Position numbers and translations under genes: made by a program. Shown here piece after piece: positions 37,441 through 45,338 of a stretch of 45,338 bases of DNA (its first letter is position 1; every line of letters begins with the position of its first letter). The notes below the pieces were generated by a model. It saw only the letters and a program-made list of their open reading frames with translations. It was not told the origin of the DNA and did no database searches. The stretch covers positions 1 through 45,338 of the forward strand of contig JANYHS010000282.1 in assembly GCA_025358945.1 (NCBI GenBank), read 5' to 3'. Source of the stretch: Acidobacteriota bacterium (GTDB lineage: Bacteria > Acidobacteriota > Vicinamibacteria > Vicinamibacterales > CAVVIG01).

Positions 37441-37995
37441 ATGATTACCAGGCGAGCGCTCCTACTGCTGTCGTCGGTCCTTCTGTTCGCTGTCTCGGCG
37501 CGGGCCACCGTTCTGATTTCCGCCGATCTCGGCGAACTGTCTCGCGACGCGCTGGCCATCGCACGCGGCCGGGTGACCGCGCTCGATGCGCAGTGGACCG
37601 AGGATCGCGGGACGATTGAAACCATCGTCACGCTCGAGGTCGAGAGCTATCTCAAGGGCGGACTCGGGTCGACGCTGAAATTCCGTGTGCCCGGCGGTGG
37701 ACTCGGCCGCTTCCGCAGCATCGTTGTCGGCGCTCCCGAGTTTGCCGTCGATCAGCGCATCATCGTGTTCCTGGGGGCGCGGGGACCGAGTGTGCCGCAC
37801 GTCCTCGGATTGAGTCAGGGTGTCTTTCGCATGGCGCGCGCGTCTGACAATTCCGAGTGGCTCGTCACGTCGCCCGTGTTACTGCCTGCGACGACCGGCG
37901 CCCTGCGGCTCGTGCGTGGTGATCCTTCGCGCCGCGCGGTCGCGCTCGCCGATTTCGAGCAGACCGTCCGGACGCTGGCCGGAGGTGCGAAGTGA
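37441..37995 (+). CDS. Secreted hypothetical protein
   Basis: SD GAGGAG, signal peptide, beta-rich mature part; coupled to the matrixin gene (GTGA overlap). Confidence 0.75.
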   Translation: MITRRALLLLSSVLLFAVSARATVLISADLGELSRDALAIARGRVTALDAQWTEDRGTIETIVTLEVESYLKGGLGSTLKFRVPGGGLGRFRSIVVGAPEFAVDQRIIVFLGARGPSVPHVLGLSQGVFRMARASDNSEWLVTSPVLLPATTGALRLVRGDPSRRAVALADFEQTVRTLAGGAK

Positions 37996-39029
37996 AGGCG
38001 CATCCGGAGCGCGAAGGCTTCAGCCGAGCGACGCGTCCGCTCGCCCTGATCGTTGTCGCTACGTTGCTGTTCGGCCAGGCCACGCCCGCGTTCGCCTACC
38101 TGAAATTCGGCGTGCCGGTGCGAGGCCAGCAGGTGACGCTGAAATGGTCGCAGACGCCGGTGCGTTATTTCGTGTCGGATACCGGGGTCTCCGGCGTCAC
38201 CTCGGCGGACCTGCAGGGCGCGGTGGGACGCGCGTTCGCCAGCTGGCAGGCCGTGCCGACGGCGTCGATCACGTATCAATTCGCGGGCGTGACGTCGGCG
38301 AGTCCGGGAAAAGACGATGGCGCGTCGGTGCTGGGATTTCAGAGCCGACCCGATCTGGATCGCGTGCTCGCGTCGACGAGCTTCCTGGTCGATGCGTCGA
38401 CCGGTGCGCTCATCGAGTCCGATATTTTTTTCAACGCCGCGTTTCCCTGGTCGGTCTCGCCGAGCGGTGAGCCCGGCAAGTTCGATGTCGAGAGTATTGC
38501 GCTCCACGAGATCGGCCACTTCAGCGGCCTCGGCCACTCCGCGCTGGGCGAGACCGAGTTGCTCAGTACTGGCGGCCGGCGCGTGTTGAGCGCGGAGGCG
38601 GTGATGTTTCCGATCGCGTTCGCCGCTGGCAGCATCGCGTCGCGTACGCTGAAGGCCGACGATATCGCCGGCATTTCCGATCTGTATCCCGACGGCAACT
38701 TCGCCACCACCGACGGCAGCTTGTCCGGGCGCGTGACGAAAGACGGTCAGGCGATATTCGGTGCGCACGTCGTTGCCTTCAACGTGGCGACGGGGCTGAT
38801 GGTCGGCGGATTCACGCTGAACGCGCAGGGACAGTTTTCGATTGGCGGCCTGTCGCCAGGCCCGCACATCGTTCGCGTCGAGCCGCTCGATGACGCCGAC
38901 ACCACAAGTTTCTTTGACGCCGCGCAAAACGTGGATATCGACTTCCGGGTGGCCTACCTCGATCGCGTCATCGTGGTGCCCAAGGGCGGGGATAGCGGAG
39001 CGGTGACGCTGACGGTCGTGCGCAAATGA
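37992..39029 (+). CDS. Matrixin (M10-like metzincin) metalloprotease with C-terminal beta-sandwich
   Basis: HEIGHFSGLGH (HExxHxxGxxH), Met-turn AVMFP, LKADDIAGISDLYP. Confidence 0.9.
   Translation: MKAHPEREGFSRATRPLALIVVATLLFGQATPAFAYLKFGVPVRGQQVTLKWSQTPVRYFVSDTGVSGVTSADLQGAVGRAFASWQAVPTASITYQFAGVTSASPGKDDGASVLGFQSRPDLDRVLASTSFLVDASTGALIESDIFFNAAFPWSVSPSGEPGKFDVESIALHEIGHFSGLGHSALGETELLSTGGRRVLSAEAVMFPIAFAAGSIASRTLKADDIAGISDLYPDGNFATTDGSLSGRVTKDGQAIFGAHVVAFNVATGLMVGGFTLNAQGQFSIGGLSPGPHIVRVEPLDDADTTSFFDAAQNVDIDFRVAYLDRVIVVPKGGDSGAVTLTVVRK
38006..38030 (+). repeat. REP-like hairpin in the matrixin N-terminus
   Basis: GGAGCGCGAAGGCTTCAGCCGAGCG; two mismatches to 16937-16961. Confidence 0.7.
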
Positions 39030-39712
39030 CGCGCCTGACGACCGCCGCGCTGCTGATTGCCGGAGGCCTGTGGCTGCAGCCATCCGCCGCGTTCGCGCAG
39101 GCCGCGGATTCGCCGCCCACGCGGTTCGAGGTCGGGTTCGGCGTACTCTGGATCGGCAGTCAGCCGCTCGGCGCGAGCGGCGCCAACGAAACCACCGGCG
39201 CAGGCGGCGCCACGCCGCTGTTCAGCACGACCAGCGAGTTGGCGAGCGCCGCGGGCATCGATGGCCGCATCGGCGTGCGCGTGACGCGTTCGCTGGTGGC
39301 GGAAGCCGAAGCGTCGTATCTCAAGCCGCAACTGCGCATCGCGATCAGCGGCGACACGGAAGGCGCGGCGGCGCTGACCGCGATGGAAACGATTCAACAG
39401 TTCACCGTCGGCGGCGGCGTGCTGTGGTACGTGCCGAACCGCGGATGGTCGCCGCGCGTCGCGCCGTTCGCCATGGCGGGCGCCGGATACCTGCGGCAGC
39501 TGCACGAGCAGAACACGCTTGTCGAGACCGGCAGCTTCATCCAGTTCGGCGGTGGCGCCGCCCTTCTCCTGAGCTCGCAGCCGCGGTTCCACATGAAGGG
39601 CATCGGCGTCCGCGCCGATCTCCGCGCCATCCGGCGGTCGAAAGGTGTGGCGTTCGACGGCGGCGGGCGGACGGCGCCGGCGTTGGGCGCGTCGGCATTT
39701 GTGCGATTCTGA
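39026..39712 (+). CDS. Small outer-membrane beta-barrel protein
   Basis: Signal peptide, amphipathic strands (PFAMAGAGY, GVRADLR), C-terminal Phe. Confidence 0.72.
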   Translation: MTRLTTAALLIAGGLWLQPSAAFAQAADSPPTRFEVGFGVLWIGSQPLGASGANETTGAGGATPLFSTTSELASAAGIDGRIGVRVTRSLVAEAEASYLKPQLRIAISGDTEGAAALTAMETIQQFTVGGGVLWYVPNRGWSPRVAPFAMAGAGYLRQLHEQNTLVETGSFIQFGGGAALLLSSQPRFHMKGIGVRADLRAIRRSKGVAFDGGGRTAPALGASAFVRF

Positions 39713-40461
39713 TGGCCGTGCCGGCCATTGAATTTCGCGGCGTCTCGTTCGCGCGACCCGGCCGGCCGCGCATCCTCGATCACTTCTCCCTGACCGTGGA
39801 ATCAGGCGACGTGCTTGCGCTCGTCGGCCGCAGCGGCGCCGGCAAGAGCACGCTGCTGAAGCTGGTGAACCGTCTGTTGCTGCCAGACGAGGGCGCCGTG
39901 TTGGTCGAAGGACGAGACACGCGCGAGTGGGAGCCGATCGCATTGCGACGCAACGTTGGGTACGTGCTGCAGGATGTCGGGCTGTTCCCGCACATGTCGG
40001 TGGCAGACAATGTCGCCGTGGTGCCGCGGCTCGAAGGGTGGCCGGCGGATCGCATCGCGCCGCGCGTCCACGAACTGCTCGACCTGGTCGGGCTGCCCGC
40101 GGGCGAGTTTGCCGCGCGGTGGCCTGACGAATTGTCGGGCGGGCAGCGTCAGCGCGTCGGTGTGGCGCGCGCGCTCGCTGTTGATCCGCCCGTGCTGCTG
40201 ATGGACGAACCGTTCGGCGCGCTCGATCCGCTCACGCGGGCTGAGCTGCACGCGGAGTTCCGCCGCATCCAGTCGCGCCTCCGCAAAACCGTGATCATCG
40301 TCACGCACGACATGGGTGAAGCCTTCGCGCTTGCCGATCGCGTCGGCGTGCTCGAGGACGGTCAGCTGATCGCCTGCGACCGCGCCGCCGCGGTGGCCGC
40401 GTCCACCGACCCGCGTGTTCGGCGTCTGCTCGACGCGATCGTCTCGGTACCCCGATCATGA
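39712..40461 (+). CDS. Osmoprotectant-type ABC transporter ATP-binding protein
   Basis: GRSGAGKS, LSGGQRQRVG, LLMDEPFGALDP, VTHD; true start MAVPAIEF. Confidence 0.92.
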   Translation: MAVPAIEFRGVSFARPGRPRILDHFSLTVESGDVLALVGRSGAGKSTLLKLVNRLLLPDEGAVLVEGRDTREWEPIALRRNVGYVLQDVGLFPHMSVADNVAVVPRLEGWPADRIAPRVHELLDLVGLPAGEFAARWPDELSGGQRQRVGVARALAVDPPVLLMDEPFGALDPLTRAELHAEFRRIQSRLRKTVIIVTHDMGEAFALADRVGVLEDGQLIACDRAAAVAASTDPRVRRLLDAIVSVPRS

Positions 40462-40491
40462 CCTTGGTGTCCTTAGTGTCCTTTGTGGTGA
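40461..40491. repeat. 9-mer array (CCTTNGTGT)
   Basis: accttggtg tccttagtg tcctttgtg gtga between the ABC genes. Confidence 0.7.
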
Positions 40492-40504
40492 CCAGGCCCG
40501 TCGA

Positions 40505-42037
40505 ATGACCCGGCTGTTGTCTTTCTGGTTGTCGCACCGCGCCGAGCTTGCGAGCCTGTTCGGCCAACACGTGCTGCTCGTCGCCGGCTCCACGTTCGTC
40601 GCGGTCGCGATTGGCGTTCCGCTCGGCATTTTCTCCGCGCGCCGCCCGCGCATGGCGTCGCCGCTGATGGCCGTAGCCAGCATCGTGCAGACGATTCCGA
40701 GCCTCGCAATGTTCGGCTTTCTCCTGCCCGTGCCGTTCATCGGCGGTGTCGGCGCGCGCGCGGCGCTCGTCGTGCTGATTCTCTACGGACTGCTTCCGAT
40801 TGTGCGGACGACGATCGCGGGGCTGCGCGGAATTGATCCCGCGATTCGCGAAGCCGGCGTCGCGATGGGGATGACGGCTGGCGAACTGCTGCGGCAGGTC
40901 GAACTGCCGCTGGCGCTGCCCTCGATCGTGGCCGGCATCCGCGTGGCCGCAGTGGTCGGCGTCGGCTCGGCGACGATCGCCGCGGCGATCGGCGCGGGCG
41001 GGCTCGGCGAGTACATCTATCGCGGCTTGTCGATGGTGGACACCACCGTGATCCTCGCCGGTGCCATTCCGGCGGCCGTGCTCGCGCTGGTTGTCGACGG
41101 TTCGCTGCTGTGGCTGGAGAAGCAGTTGTCGTCTCGCCGGCGATCCTCGTCACGCCGTGTGGTCGCGACGACCGCCGCGGTCATTCTCGCGGCCGTGATG
41201 GTGGCGAGCGCGTCCGCCGCGCGTCGTGCCAGTGGAGCGATCGTGGTCGGCTCGAAGAATTTCACTGAGCAGCTGGTACTCGGCGAACTGCTTGCGCAGA
41301 CCATTGAGCGCGACGCCGGTCTGCCGGTGGACCGCCGGCTGAATCTCGGCGGCACGTTGATCTGCGATCAGGCGCTGATCACTGGCGACATCGACGTCTA
41401 CGTCGAATACACCGGGACCGCGCTCACCGCCGTGTTTCATCAACCCGTCAGCAACGATTCGAGCGCGGTGTTCGACACCGTGCGCGCGCTCTACGCGAAA
41501 ACCGGACGCACGCTGCTGCCGCCGCTCGGGTTCAACAACACGTTCGCGATCCTCGTGCGCGGCGACGAGGCGCGCTCTCGGGGTCTGCGCACGGTGGACG
41601 ATGCGGCGCGGGAGTCGGGGCATTGGAAGGCCGGGTTCGGCTACGAGTTCGTCGAGCGGCCGGACGGCTACGACGGCCTGGCGAAGGCGTACGGCATGCG
41701 CTTTCCGGAGGCGCCGCGCGTGATGGACCTGACGCTCAGTTATCGCGCGCTGGCGGCGGGGCAGGTGGACATGATTGCCGGCGACGCCACGGCAGGACTA
41801 ATCAAGGGGCTGGACCTGTTCCAGCTCGAGGACAACCGCCACTACTTTCCGCCCTACGACGCGGCGGCGGTCGCGCGCGCGGCGACGCTCCTGCGTTATC
41901 CGCAGCTGCGCACGGCGCTCGAGAAGCTCTCAGGCCGCGTCTCGGCCGCCGACATGCGCGCCATGAACTACGCCGCCGACGTCGAGCACCGCGACGTCCC
42001 GGTGATCGTTCGCGAATTCCTCGCCCGCACGCGCTAG
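40505..42037 (+). CDS. Quaternary-amine ABC transporter permease/substrate-binding fusion
   Basis: QTIPSLA, EAA loop, IGAGGLG, then VGSKNFTEQ, YVEYTGT, NNTFA, FPPY. Confidence 0.92.
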   Translation: MTRLLSFWLSHRAELASLFGQHVLLVAGSTFVAVAIGVPLGIFSARRPRMASPLMAVASIVQTIPSLAMFGFLLPVPFIGGVGARAALVVLILYGLLPIVRTTIAGLRGIDPAIREAGVAMGMTAGELLRQVELPLALPSIVAGIRVAAVVGVGSATIAAAIGAGGLGEYIYRGLSMVDTTVILAGAIPAAVLALVVDGSLLWLEKQLSSRRRSSSRRVVATTAAVILAAVMVASASAARRASGAIVVGSKNFTEQLVLGELLAQTIERDAGLPVDRRLNLGGTLICDQALITGDIDVYVEYTGTALTAVFHQPVSNDSSAVFDTVRALYAKTGRTLLPPLGFNNTFAILVRGDEARSRGLRTVDDAARESGHWKAGFGYEFVERPDGYDGLAKAYGMRFPEAPRVMDLTLSYRALAAGQVDMIAGDATAGLIKGLDLFQLEDNRHYFPPYDAAAVARAATLLRYPQLRTALEKLSGRVSAADMRAMNYAADVEHRDVPVIVREFLARTR

Positions 42038-42040
42038 CAG

Positions 42041-42104
42041 GTAGCGCACGACTCGCGCACGTGGCGCACGACTCGCGCACGTAGCGCACGACTTCAGTCG
42101 TGCG
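42041..42104 (+). repeat. Tandem REP-derived array (two truncated 20-bp units plus one full hairpin)
   Basis: GTAGCGCACGACTCGCGCAC GTGGCGCACGACTCGCGCAC GTAGCGCACGACTTCAGTCGTGCG. Confidence 0.9.
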
Positions 42105-42118
42105 CTCGCTCGCCCAGA

Positions 42119-42140
42119 TCTACCATCGTAATGGTAGAAT
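42119..42140 (+). promoter_or_regulatory. Palindromic TA operator overlapping an extended -10
   Basis: TCTACCAT-cgta-ATGGTAGA; TGgTAGAAT ends 6 nt before the antitoxin ATG. Confidence 0.7.
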
Positions 42141-42146
42141 GATGGC

Positions 42147-42401
42147 ATGAAGACGTCCATCGATAAGGCCGGCCGCGTGGTCATTCCCGCCGCGATCCGC
42201 GAACGTGCTGGTCTGGTCGCCGGAGCTGAACTCGATATCACGCTCGAAGACGCGGGCATTCGTCTGGAGCGCGTGGCGCCCGGTCCGCGGCTGGTGAAAG
42301 TCGGCCGACGCCTGGTCGCTCGGCCAACCGTGGCTGCGGGGGAGCGGCCTGTTGTTGATGTCGCCGCGCTCATCGAGGAAGAACGCAATCGATGGCCGTA
42401 A
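42147..42401 (+). CDS. vapB: AbrB/MazE-type antitoxin (VapB-like)
   Basis: IDKAGRVVIPAAIRERAGL..G AbrB signature; upstream of a PIN gene. Confidence 0.88.
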   Translation: MKTSIDKAGRVVIPAAIRERAGLVAGAELDITLEDAGIRLERVAPGPRLVKVGRRLVARPTVAAGERPVVDVAALIEEERNRWP

Positions 42402-42868
42402 GCGTGTTTCTCGACACCAGTGTTCTCGTCGCCGGCCTCGTGGATTTCGGTCCGCAGAGCGCCCCGGCTCAGTCGCTGCTCCACCTGGTCGCCGAACGGA
42501 AACTGACCAGCGTGGGTACCGCCTGGCACTGCTGCCTGGAGTGCTTTTCGGTGTCGACCCGGCTCCCGCCAGAATTCAGGCTGACGCCGGCGCACGCCGC
42601 GCAGTTGATCGAAGATGAAATCTTCGGCCGGATGACCGTGCACGATCTGCCCGCCGCCGATCGCCTGACGATGATGAAGACGGCCGCGCGAGAGGGAACG
42701 GGCGGCGGCCGGATCTACGACGCGCACATTGCCGAGGTCGCCCGGGCTGCCGGCGCGGCCGTCGTCGTGACAGACAATCGCCGTCATTTCCTTGCCGCGC
42801 TCCGGCACGGGATGCGCGTCGAGACACCTGCGGAATTCCTGACGGCCTTCAAGGCGCGGCGCCGCTGA
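42392..42868 (+). CDS. vapC: PIN-domain toxin (VapC-like)
   Basis: VFLDTSVLV, E, IYDAHIA, VTDNRRHF. Confidence 0.88.
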   Translation: MAVSVFLDTSVLVAGLVDFGPQSAPAQSLLHLVAERKLTSVGTAWHCCLECFSVSTRLPPEFRLTPAHAAQLIEDEIFGRMTVHDLPAADRLTMMKTAAREGTGGGRIYDAHIAEVARAAGAAVVVTDNRRHFLAALRHGMRVETPAEFLTAFKARRR

Positions 42869-42889
42869 CCCGCTAGACTACACGCATCC

Positions 42890-45289
42890 ATGGCGCTCAA
42901 GAAATCAGAACTCTACTCGTCGCTCTGGCAAAGCTGCGACGAACTGCGTGGCGGCATGGACGCCAGCCAGTACAAGGACTACGTCCTGGTCCTGCTGTTC
43001 ATCAAGTACGTCAGCGACAAGTATGCCGGCCAGCCGTACGCGCCGATCACGATTCCGCCCGGCGCCAGCTTCAAGGACATGGTCGCGCTCAAGGGCACGG
43101 CCGACATCGGCGATCAGATCAACAAGAAGATCATCGCGCCGCTGGCCAACGCCAACAAGCTCTCCGACTTCCCGGACTTCAACGACGCTGCGAAGCTCGG
43201 CGACGGTAAGGAGAAGGTCGAGCGGTTGACCAATCTCGTCGCCATCTTCGAGAACCCGGCGCTCGACTTCTCGAAGAACCGCGCTGACGGCGACGACATT
43301 CTCGGCGACGCCTACGAATATCTGATGCGGCACTTCGCCACCGAAAGTGGCAAGAGCAAGGGACAGTTCTACACGCCGGCCGAAGTCAGCCGCATCATGG
43401 CGAAGATTATCGGCATTCACGACGCGAAGACCAGCGCCGCGACCACTGTGTACGACCCGACCTGCGGTTCGGGCTCGCTGCTGCTGAAGGTGGGCGACGA
43501 GGCGGGCACCGCCGTCACGTTGTACGGACAGGAAAAAGATGCGGCGACCAGCAGCCTGGCGCGGATGAACATGATCCTGCACAACTACGCGACCGCGCTC
43601 GTCGTGCAGGGCAACACGCTGGCCGTTCCCAAGTTCATGGACGGCGACACGCTCAAGACCTTCGACTACGTCGTTGCGAATCCGCCGTTTTCGGACAAGC
43701 GCTGGAGCAACGGCATCGACGCGCTGAACGATCCCTTCGACCGCTTCAAGCCGTTCGGCACACCGCCGGCCCGGCAGGGCGACTACGCCTACCTCCTGCA
43801 CATCGTCCGCTCGCTGAAGAGCACCGGCAAGGGCGCGTGCATTCTGCCGCACGGCGTGCTGTTTCGCGGCAACGCCGAGGCCGACATCCGCCGCGCGCTG
43901 GTGCGCAAGGGCTACATCAAGGGCATCATTGGTCTGCCCGCGAATCTCTTCTACGGCACCGGCATCCCCGCCTGCATCGTCGTCATCGACAAAGAGGGTG
44001 CGCAGGCGCGCAAAGGCATTTTCATGATCGACGCGAGCGGCGGCTTCATGAAGGACGGCCCGAAGAACCGCCTGCGCAGCATGGACATCCACAGAATCGT
44101 GGACGTGTTCAACCGGCGGCTCGAGGTTCCGAAGTACGCGCGCATGGTGCCGTTCGCGGAAATCGAGAAGAACGACTTCAACCTGAACCTGCCGCGCTAC
44201 ATCGACAGCCAGGCGCCCGAGGACCTGCAGGACATCGAGGGTCACCTGAAGGGCGGTATCCCGGTCGCCGACGTCGACGCGCTGCAGCGCTACTGGGACA
44301 TCTGCCCGCAGCTCCGGCACACGCTATTCAAGGACAACCGTCCAGGGTACGTGGATCTCGCCGTGGAGAAGGCAGCGATCAAGTCCGCCATCTACGACCA
44401 CACCGAGTTCACCGCCTTCATCGCCGGCATGAACGCGCATTTCGCCGCGTGGCGAGAGAAGACCGTCGCGCCGCTCAAGGCGCTGAAAGCCGGCTGTCAT
44501 CCGAAGGAGATCATCGCCTCGCTGTCCGAAGGTCTGCTCTCGCATTACGCCGGCAAGGCGCTCGTCGATCCGTACGACGTCTACCAGCACCTGATGGACT
44601 ACTGGGCGGGGACGATGCAGGACGACTGCTACCTGATCGCGGCGGATGGCTGGAAGGCGGAAACCACGCGCATCGTCGAGAGGGATAAGAAGGGGAAGGA
44701 GAAGGACAAGGGCTGGACGTGCGACCTTATTCCGAAACCGCTCATCGTCGCGCGCTATTTCGCCGACGACCAGGCGGCGATCGACCAGTTGGCCGTCGAG
44801 CTCGAGGGCATCACGGCCAGACTCGCCGAGCTCGAAGAGGAGAACGGTGGGGAAGAAGGAGCGTTCGGCGACCTCGACAAGGTGAACAAGGCCAGCGTCA
44901 CGGCTAGGCTGAAGGAGATCGAGGGCGACGACGATACGGCGGATGAATTCGCGGTGCTGAGCGATTGGTTGAAGCTGAATGGGGAAGAGGCGGATCTCAA
45001 GAAGCGCGTCAGGGAAGCCGAGGCCGCGCTTGACGCAGAGGCGTACGCGAAGTATCCGAAGCTGACCGAGGCGGAGATCAAGACGCTGGTCGTGGACGAC
45101 AAATGGCTCGCGGCGCTCGACGCCGCCGTCCACGGCGAGATGGACCGCGTGAGCCAGCAGCTCACGCAGCGCGTGAAGGAGCTGGCCGAGCGCTACGAGA
45201 CCCCTCTCCCGCAGATGGTCGGCCGTGTGACGGAGTTGGAAGCCAAAGTGAACCGCCATCTGCAAACGATGGGGTTCGCATGGAAGTGA
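42890..45289 (+). CDS. hsdM: Type I restriction-modification methyltransferase subunit (N6-adenine)
   Basis: LW..CDELRG, GQFYTP, YDPTCGSGSLL, ANPPF, LPHGVLFRG; long C-terminal extension. Confidence 0.96.
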   Translation: MALKKSELYSSLWQSCDELRGGMDASQYKDYVLVLLFIKYVSDKYAGQPYAPITIPPGASFKDMVALKGTADIGDQINKKIIAPLANANKLSDFPDFNDAAKLGDGKEKVERLTNLVAIFENPALDFSKNRADGDDILGDAYEYLMRHFATESGKSKGQFYTPAEVSRIMAKIIGIHDAKTSAATTVYDPTCGSGSLLLKVGDEAGTAVTLYGQEKDAATSSLARMNMILHNYATALVVQGNTLAVPKFMDGDTLKTFDYVVANPPFSDKRWSNGIDALNDPFDRFKPFGTPPARQGDYAYLLHIVRSLKSTGKGACILPHGVLFRGNAEADIRRALVRKGYIKGIIGLPANLFYGTGIPACIVVIDKEGAQARKGIFMIDASGGFMKDGPKNRLRSMDIHRIVDVFNRRLEVPKYARMVPFAEIEKNDFNLNLPRYIDSQAPEDLQDIEGHLKGGIPVADVDALQRYWDICPQLRHTLFKDNRPGYVDLAVEKAAIKSAIYDHTEFTAFIAGMNAHFAAWREKTVAPLKALKAGCHPKEIIASLSEGLLSHYAGKALVDPYDVYQHLMDYWAGTMQDDCYLIAADGWKAETTRIVERDKKGKEKDKGWTCDLIPKPLIVARYFADDQAAIDQLAVELEGITARLAELEEENGGEEGAFGDLDKVNKASVTARLKEIEGDDDTADEFAVLSDWLKLNGEEADLKKRVREAEAALDAEAYAKYPKLTEAEIKTLVVDDKWLAALDAAVHGEMDRVSQQLTQRVKELAERYETPLPQMVGRVTELEAKVNRHLQTMGFAWK

Positions 45290-45338
45290 GACCCGGATAT
45301 AGGCAGACAGAGGTAGGGGCGATTCCGGAGGATTGGGG
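45280..45338 (+). CDS. hsdS: Type I R-M specificity subunit (5' end only)
   Basis: MEVRPGYRQTEVGAIPEDW, a typical HsdS N-terminus, overlapping the hsdM stop. Confidence 0.8.
   Translation, partial: MEVRPGYRQTEVGAIPEDW

Noticed and set aside
39070-39711. Long N-terminal extension on the ABC ATPase
   Set aside because: It overlaps the beta-barrel gene in another frame; the real start is ATG 39712.
42041-42104. Possible mini-CRISPR array
   Set aside because: The units are directly tandem with no unique spacers, they match the REP family, and no cas genes are present.
44250-45289. HsdM C-terminal extension as a novel fusion
   Set aside because: HsdM proteins of about 800 aa with helical C-terminal extensions are a familiar subtype, and no separate catalytic motif is seen.

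Overview
GC-rich bacterial chromosomal window, inferred to be Acidobacteriota (Vicinamibacteria-like) from gene content and order. It is mostly housekeeping: thiL(partial)-rny-6S RNA-zapA-zapB-pheT-pheS-rplT-rpmI-infC-thrS-tRNA-Val; ctpA/envC/phosphodiesterase; ruvX-mltG-M20; ymdB-xseAB-ispA-tlyA-panE-nadK; a stand-alone dnaK; gatCA followed by a zincin peptidase and a Ddl-like ATP-grasp ligase; lpxD-OMP-M16 pair-lpxB-secreted protein-matrixin-OMP-osmoprotectant ABC transporter. It ends at the edge of a defence region (vapBC, type I hsdM, start of hsdS). The most unusual signal is not a gene. At least 18 short elements of several families (GTRG-headed REP-like hairpins, 7-mer arrays, 9-mer arrays, often as inverted arms) sit at gene junctions and in-frame inside core genes (pheT, ispA, xseA, an M16 peptidase, probably gatA). 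They appear to supply start and stop codons, signal-peptide sequence, a domain linker and possibly the -35 of the 6S RNA promoter. Other candidates are an ATP-grasp/zincin pair with a C10 tract and a nearby acidic sORF, a possible TIMP-like/matrixin pair, several likely leaderless genes and an ATC-initiated infC. All calls were made by eye without database searches.
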